Shown in pieces: positions 9,738-19,409 of a stretch of 64,000 nucleotides of DNA (its first letter is position 1; each line of letters begins with the position of its first letter). Made by a program: the position numbers and the translations under genes. The DNA comes from Glaciecola sp. (lineage in GTDB: Bacteria > Pseudomonadota > Gammaproteobacteria > Enterobacterales > Alteromonadaceae), in contig JBLIGC010000004.1 in NCBI GenBank assembly GCA_047636735.1, forward strand, positions 12,867-76,866, in the 5' to 3' direction. The notes below the pieces were generated by a model that saw only the letters and a program-made list of their open reading frames with translations, was not told the DNA's origin and did not search any database.

Positions 9738-9764
9738 TTATCGTAGAATAATGATTAACCTTTA
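9738..9764 (-). promoter_or_regulatory. Putative sigma28 (FliA) promoter for the EAL gene
   Basis: Minus strand TAAA-ggttaatcattattc (15 nt)-TACGATAA, against consensus TAAA-N15-GCCGATAA. Confidence 0.55.
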
Positions 9765-9793
9765 AAAAAAAGCCGGTTTAACCGGCTTTTTTT
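9764..9793 (-). terminator. Intrinsic terminator after glgP (bidirectional form)
   Basis: AAAAAAAAGCCGGT-TTA-ACCGGCTTTTTTT. Confidence 0.85.
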
Positions 9794-9828
9794 ATTTTAT
9801 GATAAAGCAAAGCGCTATCAATAATCCC

Positions 9829-12369
9829 TTAAACCTTGCACACATTGAGCTTCCATATCCGTTCAACATAATCTTGTACCGACCTGTCAGATGTAAACTT
9901 ACCCATTTTTGCGGTATTCATAATAGCCATTTTTGCCCATAAAGCTTTGTTTTTATAAGCTTTATCAAGGGCTTCGTTAGCTTTGCTATATGAATCAAAA
10001 TCAGCAAGTATTAAATAAGGATCACCCCCTTCTAACATACTTTGTTTTAAGCTAGACAGCGCACCAGGTTGTCCCGGCGTAAAGTAATCGCTATCAAGCC
10101 AGTCGAGTAAGGTTTTAATCTCATTACTTTTATAATAGTAATCATATGGCTTATACCCTGCTTTATTAATGGCGGCTACTTCATCTACCGTTTTACCAAA
10201 AATAAAGATATTTTCATCACCTACTTCTTCCGCAATTTCAATATTAGCGCCATCTAAAGTACCAATAGTTACCGCGCCATTTAACGCAAGTTTCATATTA
10301 CCGGTACCAGAAGCTTCTTTACCCGCCGTTGATATTTGCTGAGAAACATCTGCCGCGGGTATCATTTTTTCGGCCAAGGATACACGATAGTTTGGCAAAA
10401 ATATTACTTTAATCTTGTTGTTCACACGATTGTCATTATTAATTTTATCTGCGACCTTATTTATAGCAAAAATAATGGTTTTTGCTAATGTATAGCTAGG
10501 GGCAGCTTTTGCACCAAAAATGAATACACGTGGATGCATATCGTAGCTGGGATCTTCCAGTAAGCGTTTATATAAGGCCATTATATGCAGTAAGTTTAAA
10601 TGCTGACGCTTATATTCGTGCAAACGTTTAATTTGCACATCGAATATAGCCTTATTATCAACCGTTATGCCCGTAATGGCTTTTATTTCTTTGGCTAAAG
10701 CATCTTTGTTTTTCTGCTTCACCTTCATAAACTGATTTTGAAACGTTTTATTATCAGCAAAGGCTGACAATTGGTCTAACTGGGTCAAATTAACCGGCCA
10801 TTGATCACCTATTTTTTTAGTGATCAAATCTGAAAGTAAAGGATTGCATACTTTCAACCAGCGTCTTGGGGTTACGCCATTGGTAACATTAGTTAACTTG
10901 TTAGGATAAAGCTGATCGAATTCAGGGAATAAGTTTTCTTTGACCAATTTAGAGTGAATTTCAGCAACACCGTTCACCGCAAACGATCCAATAACAGACA
11001 AGTTGCCCATTCTCACCATTTTTTCACCTGCTTCTTCAATAATCGAAAGCTTAGCTTTCATAGCGTTATCGCCAGGCCATTTTTTGTCGACTTCTTGCAT
11101 AAAGCGATGATTTATCTCATAAATAATTTCAATATGACGCGGCAGTATTTTTTCAATCATACGCACGGGCCATTTTTCGAGTGCTTCAGGTAATAGTGTA
11201 TGGTTAGTATAGGCGAACGTTTTTGACGATATAGCCCATGCACTGTCCCAGTCGAGTTCAGCCCTGTCAACCAATATGCGCATCAACTCTGGAATAGCAA
11301 TAGCAGGATGCGTATCGTTCAATTGAATAACGACCTGCTCAGAAAAACGGCTCCAGTCGTCGCCATGGGCTCTTTTATAGCGGCGAATAATGTCTTTTAA
11401 CGAACATGCACTAAAGAAATATTGCTGAATGAGGCGAAGCTCTTTGCCCGCTTCGGTTTCGTCATTCGGATAGAGTACTTTGGAGATAGTTTCTGCCTGA
11501 ACATTTTCGCGCTGGGCGTCAACATATCCACCTGCATTAAAAACATCCCAGTTAAAATATCCAGAAGATTGGCTTTGCCACAACCGCAGAACATTTACGG
11601 TATTACCGCCATACCCTACAACAGGAATATCCCACGGCACGCCCTTTACAATTGAGCCCGGATGCCATACTTTTTGAATATTCCCCTTGGCCCCATACTT
11701 CGTTTCAACATAGCCATATAAAGGGACTTCTTGAGTCGATTCTGGCCGACAAATTTCCCATGGGTTGCCATAGTCACGCCAACTGTCTGGGCGTTCGATT
11801 TGCGCGCCTTTTTTTATTTCCTGTCTGAACAAGCCGTTTTCATAGTGAATACCATAGCCAATTGCAGGTAATTGCATTGTGGCCAACGAATCAATAAAAC
11901 AAGCAGCCAAACGACCTAAGCCACCGTTACCCAGTGCCATATCGGGTTCTTCTTCAAGCACATCAGTAATATCAACACCAAGTTCTTTCAAAGCGGCGTC
12001 GGCAGTTTCAAACAAACCAAAGTTATGCATATTATTTGATAATAAACGCCCCATTAAAAATTCGGCAGAAAAGTAATGTACCGCACGTGTGTCGTTCATA
12101 TAGTGAGTTTTTTGAGTGGTACGCAGTCTGTTCAAAACCAGTTCTTGAATAGCGGCACTGGTGGCCTTCCACCATGCGTGATTGTCGGCTTTGTTTTCGT
12201 CGGTCCCTAAGGTTGAATGTAAATGCGATATAACCGATTCTTTAAATGCTTTCTTGTCGAGCTTTGGGTTATAGGACTCTTCGGTTTGATTAGATAACTT
12301 GGTTTTAGTTGCCGTACTTTTGATAGCCTTTGACTTTACTGCCGTTTGCGTAATTTTTTGATTACTCAT
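9829..12369 (-). CDS. glgP: Glycogen/maltodextrin phosphorylase
   Basis: [32 protein letters not shown] site EASGTGNMK. Start placed at MSNQK, which has AGGT upstream. Confidence 0.95.
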   Translation of the reverse strand: MSNQKITQTAVKSKAIKSTATKTKLSNQTEESYNPKLDKKAFKESVISHLHSTLGTDENKADNHAWWKATSAAIQELVLNRLRTTQKTHYMNDTRAVHYFSAEFLMGRLLSNNMHNFGLFETADAALKELGVDITDVLEEEPDMALGNGGLGRLAACFIDSLATMQLPAIGYGIHYENGLFRQEIKKGAQIERPDSWRDYGNPWEICRPESTQEVPLYGYVETKYGAKGNIQKVWHPGSIVKGVPWDIPVVGYGGNTVNVLRLWQSQSSGYFNWDVFNAGGYVDAQRENVQAETISKVLYPNDETEAGKELRLIQQYFFSACSLKDIIRRYKRAHGDDWSRFSEQVVIQLNDTHPAIAIPELMRILVDRAELDWDSAWAISSKTFAYTNHTLLPEALEKWPVRMIEKILPRHIEIIYEINHRFMQEVDKKWPGDNAMKAKLSIIEEAGEKMVRMGNLSVIGSFAVNGVAEIHSKLVKENLFPEFDQLYPNKLTNVTNGVTPRRWLKVCNPLLSDLITKKIGDQWPVNLTQLDQLSAFADNKTFQNQFMKVKQKNKDALAKEIKAITGITVDNKAIFDVQIKRLHEYKRQHLNLLHIMALYKRLLEDPSYDMHPRVFIFGAKAAPSYTLAKTIIFAINKVADKINNDNRVNNKIKVIFLPNYRVSLAEKMIPAADVSQQISTAGKEASGTGNMKLALNGAVTIGTLDGANIEIAEEVGDENIFIFGKTVDEVAAINKAGYKPYDYYYKSNEIKTLLDWLDSDYFTPGQPGALSSLKQSMLEGGDPYLILADFDSYSKANEALDKAYKNKALWAKMAIMNTAKMGKFTSDRSVQDYVERIWKLNVCKV

Positions 12370-12396
12370 GTATAACCTATATATTAATGAAGACAG

Positions 12397-12411
12397 CATA
12401 ATTTTATTACA
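12397..12411. promoter_or_regulatory. HexR-like operator upstream of glgP
   Basis: Minus strand TGTAATAAAATTATG versus TGTAATwwwATTACA (2 mismatches). The AT-rich context makes a chance match possible. Confidence 0.35.
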
Positions 12412-12567
12412 GTATCTTCATCAACTCTACGGTTAAAACAGCTAAAAATTCGCGTGTATGTTAATACCGTGTAAATTTTTAATACCGTTTAGTAATAAGC
12501 TTATTTATATTTGATTTTATTAACATAAATTTTACAGTGTTATAACGATTTTCATACAAATCAAGTA

Positions 12568-14202
12568 TTAAATTACTTTTGCAACTAATTCCTCGGCTTC
12601 TTTTATAATTTTCTGTAGGTGAGTTTCGTCGTTAAAACTTTCTGCATAAATTTTGTATACATCTTCAGTCCCCGAAGGGCGAGCAGCAAACCAACCATTT
12701 TTGGTACTGACTTTTACGCCACCAATGGCGGCGTTATTGCCGGGCGCATGAGTTTGAACATTCGTTATGACTTCGTTGGCCATAGTGGTAGCAACAATAT
12801 CGTTTACTGATAATGAAGATAACTTTTGCTTTTGCTCCAAACTGGCCGCCACATCTATTCTGGTGTAACACGGGCTACCGAATGTTTGGGTGAATCCCTT
12901 ATAATGTTCACCGGGATCTTTTCCGGTAACGGCTGTTATTTCTGCCGCCAACAAACTTAATATAAAACCATCTTTGTCGGTGGCCCATGTGTCGCCATTT
13001 CGACGAAGGAAAATCCCACCTGCAGATTCTTCACCGGCAAAGGCAATAGATTTATTCGACAATCCGTCAACAAACCATTTAAACCCAACGGGCATTTCTA
13101 CCAAGTTACGGCCCAGTCTATTTACTACCCTGTCGATCATACTGCTGGACACCAGCGTTTTACCTATGCCTAAATTAGCAGACCATTGAGGGCGGTGTTC
13201 ACATAAATAATTAATAGCAACTGCTAAATAATGATTAGGGTTCATCAAGCCACTAGATTTACATACAATGCCGTGGCGGTCAAAATCGGGATCATTGCCA
13301 AACGCTATATCAAATTGATCTTTTAGTTTTATTAAACCCGACATTGCAAAAGTAGATGAACAATCCATTCGTATTTTACCGTCTTTGTCACATGGCATAA
13401 ACGCAAATCGTTGGTCTATAGATTTGTTTACTACCTTTATATCAATACCGTAATGTTCGCTTATCATATCCCAATAATGAATACCTGAACCACCAAGAGG
13501 ATCGGTTCCTAAGCTTAGTTTAGCTTGAGCAATAGCTTCCATATCAATAACATCAGATAATTGCGCAACGTAGTTAACTGCAAAATTAACCGTGCTTACA
13601 AAACCCGATGCCATTGCTTTAGTAATAGACTGTCGTTTCACCGGAAAATTATTAATAATAATATCGTTAGCTCGGTTTTGAACTTGTGTAGTTACCGCCC
13701 CTTCTGCTGGACCACCATGCGTTTGGTTATATTTGAAACCACCATCTGTAGGTGGGTTATGCGAAGGCGTAATCACCACACCGTCGGCAAGATTGCTAGA
13801 GCGGCCTTTATTATAAGAAACTATTGCATGCGATATAACAGGTGTGGGCGTATAGCCATTATTTTCTTGAATAACAAGCGACACTTCGTTTGCGGCGAGC
13901 ACTTCTATTGTTGTAATCAATGCAGGTTCAGACAGCGCGTGTGTATCTTTGCCAATAAAAAGCGGACCCGTAATGTTATTAGCCAATCTATATTCCGCCA
14001 AGGCCTGACATATCGCCGCTATATGAGTATCGTTGAAACTACTCTTTGATGCGCTTCCTCTGTGCCCAGATGTGCCAAAACTAACAGCTTGTGTAGGTTC
14101 GTTTGCATCAGGTTGTAAGCTGTAATAATCGCTAGTAAGCTTAGCGACATTAATAAGATCGCTTTGTTGTGCTTGTTTTCCTGCATTAGGATGCAACGAC
14201 AT
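12568..14202 (-). CDS. pgm: Phosphoglucomutase
   Basis: [33 protein letters not shown]. Confidence 0.97.
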   Translation of the reverse strand: MSLHPNAGKQAQQSDLINVAKLTSDYYSLQPDANEPTQAVSFGTSGHRGSASKSSFNDTHIAAICQALAEYRLANNITGPLFIGKDTHALSEPALITTIEVLAANEVSLVIQENNGYTPTPVISHAIVSYNKGRSSNLADGVVITPSHNPPTDGGFKYNQTHGGPAEGAVTTQVQNRANDIIINNFPVKRQSITKAMASGFVSTVNFAVNYVAQLSDVIDMEAIAQAKLSLGTDPLGGSGIHYWDMISEHYGIDIKVVNKSIDQRFAFMPCDKDGKIRMDCSSTFAMSGLIKLKDQFDIAFGNDPDFDRHGIVCKSSGLMNPNHYLAVAINYLCEHRPQWSANLGIGKTLVSSSMIDRVVNRLGRNLVEMPVGFKWFVDGLSNKSIAFAGEESAGGIFLRRNGDTWATDKDGFILSLLAAEITAVTGKDPGEHYKGFTQTFGSPCYTRIDVAASLEQKQKLSSLSVNDIVATTMANEVITNVQTHAPGNNAAIGGVKVSTKNGWFAARPSGTEDVYKIYAESFNDETHLQKIIKEAEELVAKVI

Positions 14203-14496
14203 CTTAGTTTTCCTTTTAGATATTGTGGTTTATGGTAGTTATAAATTATGATAATTAACAGTAAGGCCGATTATATAATGGCACTCTACGCCACTAATTG
14301 GTATGAGAATATGCATGCTAAGCGAATAACATAGATATAAAATAAGTGCATATTACGGATAGCATGATTATGCTTGCTAAACTGACAAAATACACTTTGG
14401 CGAACAAATAGCCTATACTTGCGTATGTAATATCATAATCTAGTCATATTAATGTCAGTTATGATAATTCAAATACCATGATAATTAAAAATATAA

Positions 14497-15411
14497 GTGA
14501 CTATGCGCTCAGACATCGACAATTGTATTTCACAAATAAGCCGAATCATTAAAGGCAAAGAAAATGAAATTGAATTATCTTTAATTTGTTTACTTGCACA
14601 AGGGCACTTATTACTTGAAGATTTGCCTGGCATGGGTAAAACAACTTTATCGCAAGCACTAGCAAACGTATTAGGCTTAAATTTCTCTAGAATTCAATTT
14701 ACCTCAGACCTGCTTCCAGCAGACATGCTGGGAGTGAATATTTTTGAAAACACCTCACAATCTTTCCGCTTCCATGCGGGTCCCATTTTCAATCAATTAG
14801 TGTTAGCAGATGAAATTAACAGAGCTAGTCCAAAAACCCAAAGCGCGCTGCTAGAAGCAATGGCTGAACGCCAAGTTACTATTGATGGCGTTACCAGAGA
14901 ACTACCCTCGCCCTTTTTTGTTATTGCTAGTCAAAACCCACTTAATCAGTCGGGTACTCATCCCTTACCAGAATCGCAGCTTGACCGTTTCAATATGCAA
15001 CTATCGTTAGGCTACCCTGACTTTGAGTCAGAAAAGAGTATGCTACTAGAGCCCGACAAACTTCCCACTTTACAAACCATCATTAACCTTGAGCAACTAG
15101 CACTGCTGCAGGCAAAAGTTGTGCAGGTAAGTGTAAGTGAGTCGGTGGTAAATTATATTTTGAACTTGGTTACGCTTACACGCGAATCAAATGATTTTCC
15201 AAATGCCATCTCTCCTCGTGGCACAAAAGCACTTTATCGTTCGGCTCAAGCATCTGCCTTTGTAAAAAGAAGAGACTTTGTTACGCCTGAGGACGTTCAG
15301 TTTGTGCTGCCCGCCGTATTTGAGCATAGACTTCGTGGGCAACTAATTTCGCCTACGGCAACCACTTACTGCGAGCATTTATTGCAGCAAGTGGATCCAT
15401 TAGCCGCATAG
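14497..15411 (+). CDS. moxR: MoxR family AAA+ ATPase
   Basis: EDLPGMGKT, RIQFTSDLLPAD, LADEINRASPKTQSALLEAM, PESQLDRF. Confidence 0.93.
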   Translation: MTMRSDIDNCISQISRIIKGKENEIELSLICLLAQGHLLLEDLPGMGKTTLSQALANVLGLNFSRIQFTSDLLPADMLGVNIFENTSQSFRFHAGPIFNQLVLADEINRASPKTQSALLEAMAERQVTIDGVTRELPSPFFVIASQNPLNQSGTHPLPESQLDRFNMQLSLGYPDFESEKSMLLEPDKLPTLQTIINLEQLALLQAKVVQVSVSESVVNYILNLVTLTRESNDFPNAISPRGTKALYRSAQASAFVKRRDFVTPEDVQFVLPAVFEHRLRGQLISPTATTYCEHLLQQVDPLAA

Positions 15412-15427
15412 CGCCTTATCTCATTGA

Positions 15428-16522
15428 ATGAATGTGATTAAGCGTAACTGGCAACTCATCTCAAAATGGATCCTTGCCAAGCAACACAACTGGTTGCAAA
15501 AACGTGTCCCTAGCAAAAATATTATTAAACTTAATATTAATAATACGTTTGTACTGCCGTCAAGTTTTGGCTGGTCTTGCATAGGCATAATAATATGCTT
15601 GTTTGTACTAGGAACCAATTTCCAAAACAATATAATATTATTGCTGTGTTATTTTCTCCTCGCGATGGTCCTTTTAGCGGTATTTCACAGCTACTTCTTC
15701 TTTATACAACATGAAATAGTTTTTTTAGATATAGCACCTGACTTTGAAAATAGGCAGCCTTATTTACCCATTCAAATTAACTCTACCCTTGATTATAAAG
15801 GTGGAACACTCATCTTTAGTGTTGATAACGGCCCAAGCTTAAAAAATGTAAAACAGCACAATACACAACAATTCAAATCGCAATCAATCAAGATGCCGTT
15901 GCCAAAATATAAGCGCGGCTTTTATAAATGTCCAACAATAAAACTTGTGGCTACTTATGGCTTCGGTTTATTTAAATGCTGGACGCATTTAAGCCCTAAA
16001 TTACACTTTTATGTGTATCCAGCAATGCAAAAGTCAGCAATGAATCTATTTCGTACTAACTCAGATGCACAACTTGCTCATTCAAGCGATTCTCAATACG
16101 TTATTTCAGATGACCTACAGGGAATACGAGAACATCAAGTAACCGATCCTATTCATCATGTTAGTTGGAAGCATGTAGCTAAAGGTCAAGGCATGCTAAC
16201 CAAAGACTTTAGCGAAAGTAAAGGTGTTTCAGGTTGGCTAAGGCTACAAGACTTAAGCCACCTCGACACAGAACAAGCGTTGAGGTGTTTGTGTTATCAC
16301 GTCCAGCAACTTGACAAAGACCAAGTACAGTTTGGACTCGATTTAGGCAGTACTAAAATACTCCCCCAAGAGGGCCAAGCCCACTTACACAAGTGCTTAG
16401 TGCAATTAGCAATGTATACCCCTTACCACAAGCGCAGTGAACGTGATGAATTATCTGAAAAAAGTAATACAAAACCTGTATCGGCAAGACTTGTCACTAA
16501 AATTTCAGGCAATGAGCCATGA
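15428..16522 (+). CDS. DUF58 domain-containing protein
   Basis: Two N-terminal TM segments, RGFY..YGFGLF, IREHQVTDPIHHVSWK; lies between moxR and the transglutaminase gene. Confidence 0.8.
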   Translation: MNVIKRNWQLISKWILAKQHNWLQKRVPSKNIIKLNINNTFVLPSSFGWSCIGIIICLFVLGTNFQNNIILLLCYFLLAMVLLAVFHSYFFFIQHEIVFLDIAPDFENRQPYLPIQINSTLDYKGGTLIFSVDNGPSLKNVKQHNTQQFKSQSIKMPLPKYKRGFYKCPTIKLVATYGFGLFKCWTHLSPKLHFYVYPAMQKSAMNLFRTNSDAQLAHSSDSQYVISDDLQGIREHQVTDPIHHVSWKHVAKGQGMLTKDFSESKGVSGWLRLQDLSHLDTEQALRCLCYHVQQLDKDQVQFGLDLGSTKILPQEGQAHLHKCLVQLAMYTPYHKRSERDELSEKSNTKPVSARLVTKISGNEP

Positions 16523-18528
16523 GCAAACCTAAGGTAAAATCGCCCGTGGTTGACAACAAGTCAGTTTACGCTTGTTTGGTGGTGGTTTTTTTTATGGTCA
16601 TTATTACCTTATCAGGGCCTTTGATGGGCTGGGTATGGGTACTTTGTGCATGCGCGGTTATTATTGCATTTATTCGTATTATCCGAAATTTACCCAGTGT
16701 TAAGAATATTACATTAAACCTACTCGCCATATTTTGTATGGTGTTACTTATTTACCTTTCCGGTAGCTTTGGTTTGATGGCCACTATGGTAAATTTACTT
16801 GTGGTTGCAGCGTGCCTAAAGCTTATTAATTTACATAGCCGCTCAGACTATCATTTGGTACTCATCGTTTTGTTTTTCTTAATTGCGTGTGGTTTTATTT
16901 ACCATCAAAGTATTTATTTAGTGGCTTACTACTTTGCCTGCTTAGTAGTGCTTTTTGTGACTGCATTTTTGCTCAATAAAGGTGACTTAGATTTACCCGC
17001 TAGCATTAAGCAAAGCGCAAAAATGATGCTCCAAGCACTGCCTATAACTCTTGTCCTATTTGTTGTTACACCGCGATTACCCCCGTTTTGGCAAACCAAT
17101 GTAGATTCTAATACTCAAACAGGTTTAGCCGAAGAGATTACACCTGGAGATATAGCTGATCTTGCGCAATCGGCTGAATTGGTTTTTAGAGCCGAATTCG
17201 ATAGCAATGTGCCTTCGCCGCAAGAGCGTTATTGGCGCTCTATTGTGCTTGACTATTTTGACGGTAGAACATGGAAAGTAACTAACGAATATTCAACATA
17301 TAGCCCAGATTTTTTGTCATTAACGCAAACCAATCACAGCTCGGCGCTATCACCCTTCGAGTATCGTTATTTGGTAATTGCTCAACCAAATAATACGAAA
17401 TGGTTATATTCTTTAGACATTCCTATTGTTGAAGAAAATATGGGAACGGTGGATATTAGCATTACTCGCCAGTATCAATTATTTAAGACAGAAAAAACAA
17501 CAAATTCCTCATTGTATATTGTGAGGTCGTTTACCCAATCTCCTTTGCATAACTTTATACCCGAAACAGATTTTGCACGTTATTTACAAGCGCCTTTGGA
17601 AAGTAATCTACGGACGCAAAAATGGGTTAAAGACAATATTCATAGTGCTATGGGCTTTACCGAAAAACTCGCGGTTTTAAACGGCTATTTTCTTGACAAC
17701 CCATTTAGCTATACGCTAAAACCGCCGTTAATGCCTTCCTCACCAGTAGATGCCTTCTTGTTCGACAACCAGCAAGGTTTTTGTTCTCACTATGCTTCGG
17801 CCCTAACCTATATGCTGCGGCTAGCTGACGTACCGGCTAGAATGGTCGCAGGTTATCAGGGAGGAGAAGAACAAGGCCCAAACATTTTAACGATACGACA
17901 ATTTGACGCCCATGCGTGGGTTGAAGCATACGATAAAGAAAATGGATGGATACGTTATGATCCTACCGCGCTCGTTGCCCCAAACCGCACTCTATCGGGC
18001 TTAATGTCAGCTTTAAACGCTCAAGAAAGCGCAATTTTCGAAGATGAAATTAATGGCTTATTTGCTCACGCTGCCTTTGATGATATTCGGGAGAATTTGG
18101 CGGTGCTTGACCACAATTGGAATCAATTTGTGCTTGAATTTAATAATGAATCTCAAGGCAGTATGATTGCAGACATTTTTGGTGAACTAAGTAAGAAAAA
18201 TCTCACTACGTTCTTATTGATAGCGCTTGCTTGTATTGGTCTGTTTTTAGCTCTGCTCTTTCTTCCCTATCGAAAATGGTTAACCATCAAACGAAATTCA
18301 GCGCTACAAAAAATGCTTAAATTATTACTTAAAAAAGGCTTTACGCGCTACAGACACGAGCCATTGCGGCAATTTTTTGACAGAATTGAAGCAACACTAC
18401 CTGATAATATAAAAGTGGCCACTGCACAATTTATAACGCAATATTATGATTGTAATTACAAGCCAGATTCGCAGGTGTCTGAAGACGATTTAATGAATTT
18501 ATATGCTAAGGTAGCGGCAATAAAGTGA
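16519..18528 (+). CDS. tgpA: TgpA-like membrane transglutaminase (DUF3488 + TGase domain)
   Basis: Multi-TM N-terminus, GFCSHYASA, RMVAGYQGG, AHAWVE, YDPT (Cys-His-Asp triad). Confidence 0.88.
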   Translation: MSKPKVKSPVVDNKSVYACLVVVFFMVIITLSGPLMGWVWVLCACAVIIAFIRIIRNLPSVKNITLNLLAIFCMVLLIYLSGSFGLMATMVNLLVVAACLKLINLHSRSDYHLVLIVLFFLIACGFIYHQSIYLVAYYFACLVVLFVTAFLLNKGDLDLPASIKQSAKMMLQALPITLVLFVVTPRLPPFWQTNVDSNTQTGLAEEITPGDIADLAQSAELVFRAEFDSNVPSPQERYWRSIVLDYFDGRTWKVTNEYSTYSPDFLSLTQTNHSSALSPFEYRYLVIAQPNNTKWLYSLDIPIVEENMGTVDISITRQYQLFKTEKTTNSSLYIVRSFTQSPLHNFIPETDFARYLQAPLESNLRTQKWVKDNIHSAMGFTEKLAVLNGYFLDNPFSYTLKPPLMPSSPVDAFLFDNQQGFCSHYASALTYMLRLADVPARMVAGYQGGEEQGPNILTIRQFDAHAWVEAYDKENGWIRYDPTALVAPNRTLSGLMSALNAQESAIFEDEINGLFAHAAFDDIRENLAVLDHNWNQFVLEFNNESQGSMIADIFGELSKKNLTTFLLIALACIGLFLALLFLPYRKWLTIKRNSALQKMLKLLLKKGFTRYRHEPLRQFFDRIEATLPDNIKVATAQFITQYYDCNYKPDSQVSEDDLMNLYAKVAAIK

Positions 18529-18557
18529 AGATAAAAAATTATGAAATAAGGATATTT

Positions 18558-18633
18558 AAAAACTGCCTTGCACTTCACACAAAAGCACAAGACAGCACAC
18601 TCACAATCCATGCACAAGTGCATGCACACACAC
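18558..18633 (-). ncRNA. Candidate ~75-nt GU-rich small RNA
   Basis: Minus strand GTGTGTGTGCATGCACTTGTGCATGGATTGTGAGTGTG followed by a 14-bp hairpin (CTGTCTTGTGCTTT/GAAGTGCAAGGCAG) and T5. Four G-U pairs form only on this strand. A sigma54-like promoter lies immediately upstream. Confidence 0.55.
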
Positions 18634-18642
18634 TAATATCTA

Positions 18643-18757
18643 TTCAAGTTAAGTGCCAACAATATTATTAACTATAAATCAATGGGTTAAAATTATATCA
18701 TTTAAAAACAAGGCTATTTTGCACTATGTAAGAGCGCTTAAGCATCAAAAAGATGCG
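18643..18757 (-). promoter_or_regulatory. sigma54-like promoter with IHF site and tandem NtrC-like enhancer sites
   Basis: TGGCAC-TTAAC-TTGAA (18658-18643). IHF consensus match AATCAA-TGGG-TTA (18677-18689, + strand). 17-bp dyads TGCACTATGTAAGAGCG (18720-18736) and AGCATCAAAAAGATGCG (18741-18757), 21 bp apart. Confidence 0.55.
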
Positions 18758-18763
18758 CTATAT

Positions 18764-19003
18764 TTACTCAATAGTGACGTAATTAAACTCAGCCGCAGAA
18801 ATGACCCCATCTCTATTTAAGTCTGAATCGTTAAATGTTAACTGTAATAAATGATTTGCCCTAGCCTCATTATACGTAATGAAACCTGAACTATCACTGT
18901 CTAGGAACACGAAACTTACGTCGTCCCCTGTTGCATTAATACCAATAAATAGCATAGATACCGCCGATATTACTAAAAGATATTTTGTACTAATAACGTC
19001 CAT
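18764..19003 (-). CDS. Small secreted EF-hand protein
   Basis: Signal-peptide-like N-terminus and two EF-hand loops, DSDSSGFITYNE and DLNRDGVISAAE. GGAGA upstream of ATG 19003. Confidence 0.8.
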   Translation of the reverse strand: MDVISTKYLLVISAVSMLFIGINATGDDVSFVFLDSDSSGFITYNEARANHLLQLTFNDSDLNRDGVISAAEFNYVTIE

Positions 19004-19095
19004 AATTTTCTCCAGATTCATAATCGAAATCTTATTTTAAACACAGCTATAAAATGTTATCTGGTTTATAACTTCTTAAACCTGTTGGATAACCC

Positions 19096-19111
19096 TACAT
19101 ATTTCGTGCCA
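19096..19111 (-). promoter_or_regulatory. Possible sigma54 promoter of the EF-hand gene
   Basis: Minus strand TGGCAC-GAAAT-ATGTA: good -24, imperfect -12. A TGTC-N10-GACA dyad lies at 19268-19285. Confidence 0.4.
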
Positions 19112-19330
19112 ATATTTTTACACTATATATTTCAGTAGTCTAAAAATATTGTGTGGTAAATAATACAAGAAGATAAAAAGAGTCTTAAGCAAGCAAAGAC
19201 AAATTTATTTGATCATTAGGAATAAGGACTTACTTTTAGAATTAGAAATGGTTTCGGAACTTTTTATTGTCTAAATAAAGCGACAGCAGAAAAGTTAAAA
19301 TAAGAATGTTCGCTAAAAGATATTTTTAGC

Positions 19331-19361
19331 AAAAAAAAACCAATCAAAAAGATTGGTTTTT
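19331..19361 (-). terminator. Intrinsic terminator after fusA
   Basis: AAAAAAAAACCAATC-AAAAA-GATTGGTTTTT. Confidence 0.8.
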
Positions 19362-19409
19362 ATATGCGCTCTAGCTAGTCGCTATATAGATTTTGTATTT
19401 GAACAAATT

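Noticed and set aside
14240-14490. Repeated ATGATAATT motifs between pgm and moxR as a Fur box
   Set aside because: The copies are dispersed, do not form a 19-bp Fur dyad, and lie in very AT-rich DNA.
18558-18640. CsrB/Rsm-type or Qrr sRNA identity for the candidate RNA
   Set aside because: Only one GGA motif, and the Qrr core GGGTCACCTAGCCAACTGACG is absent.
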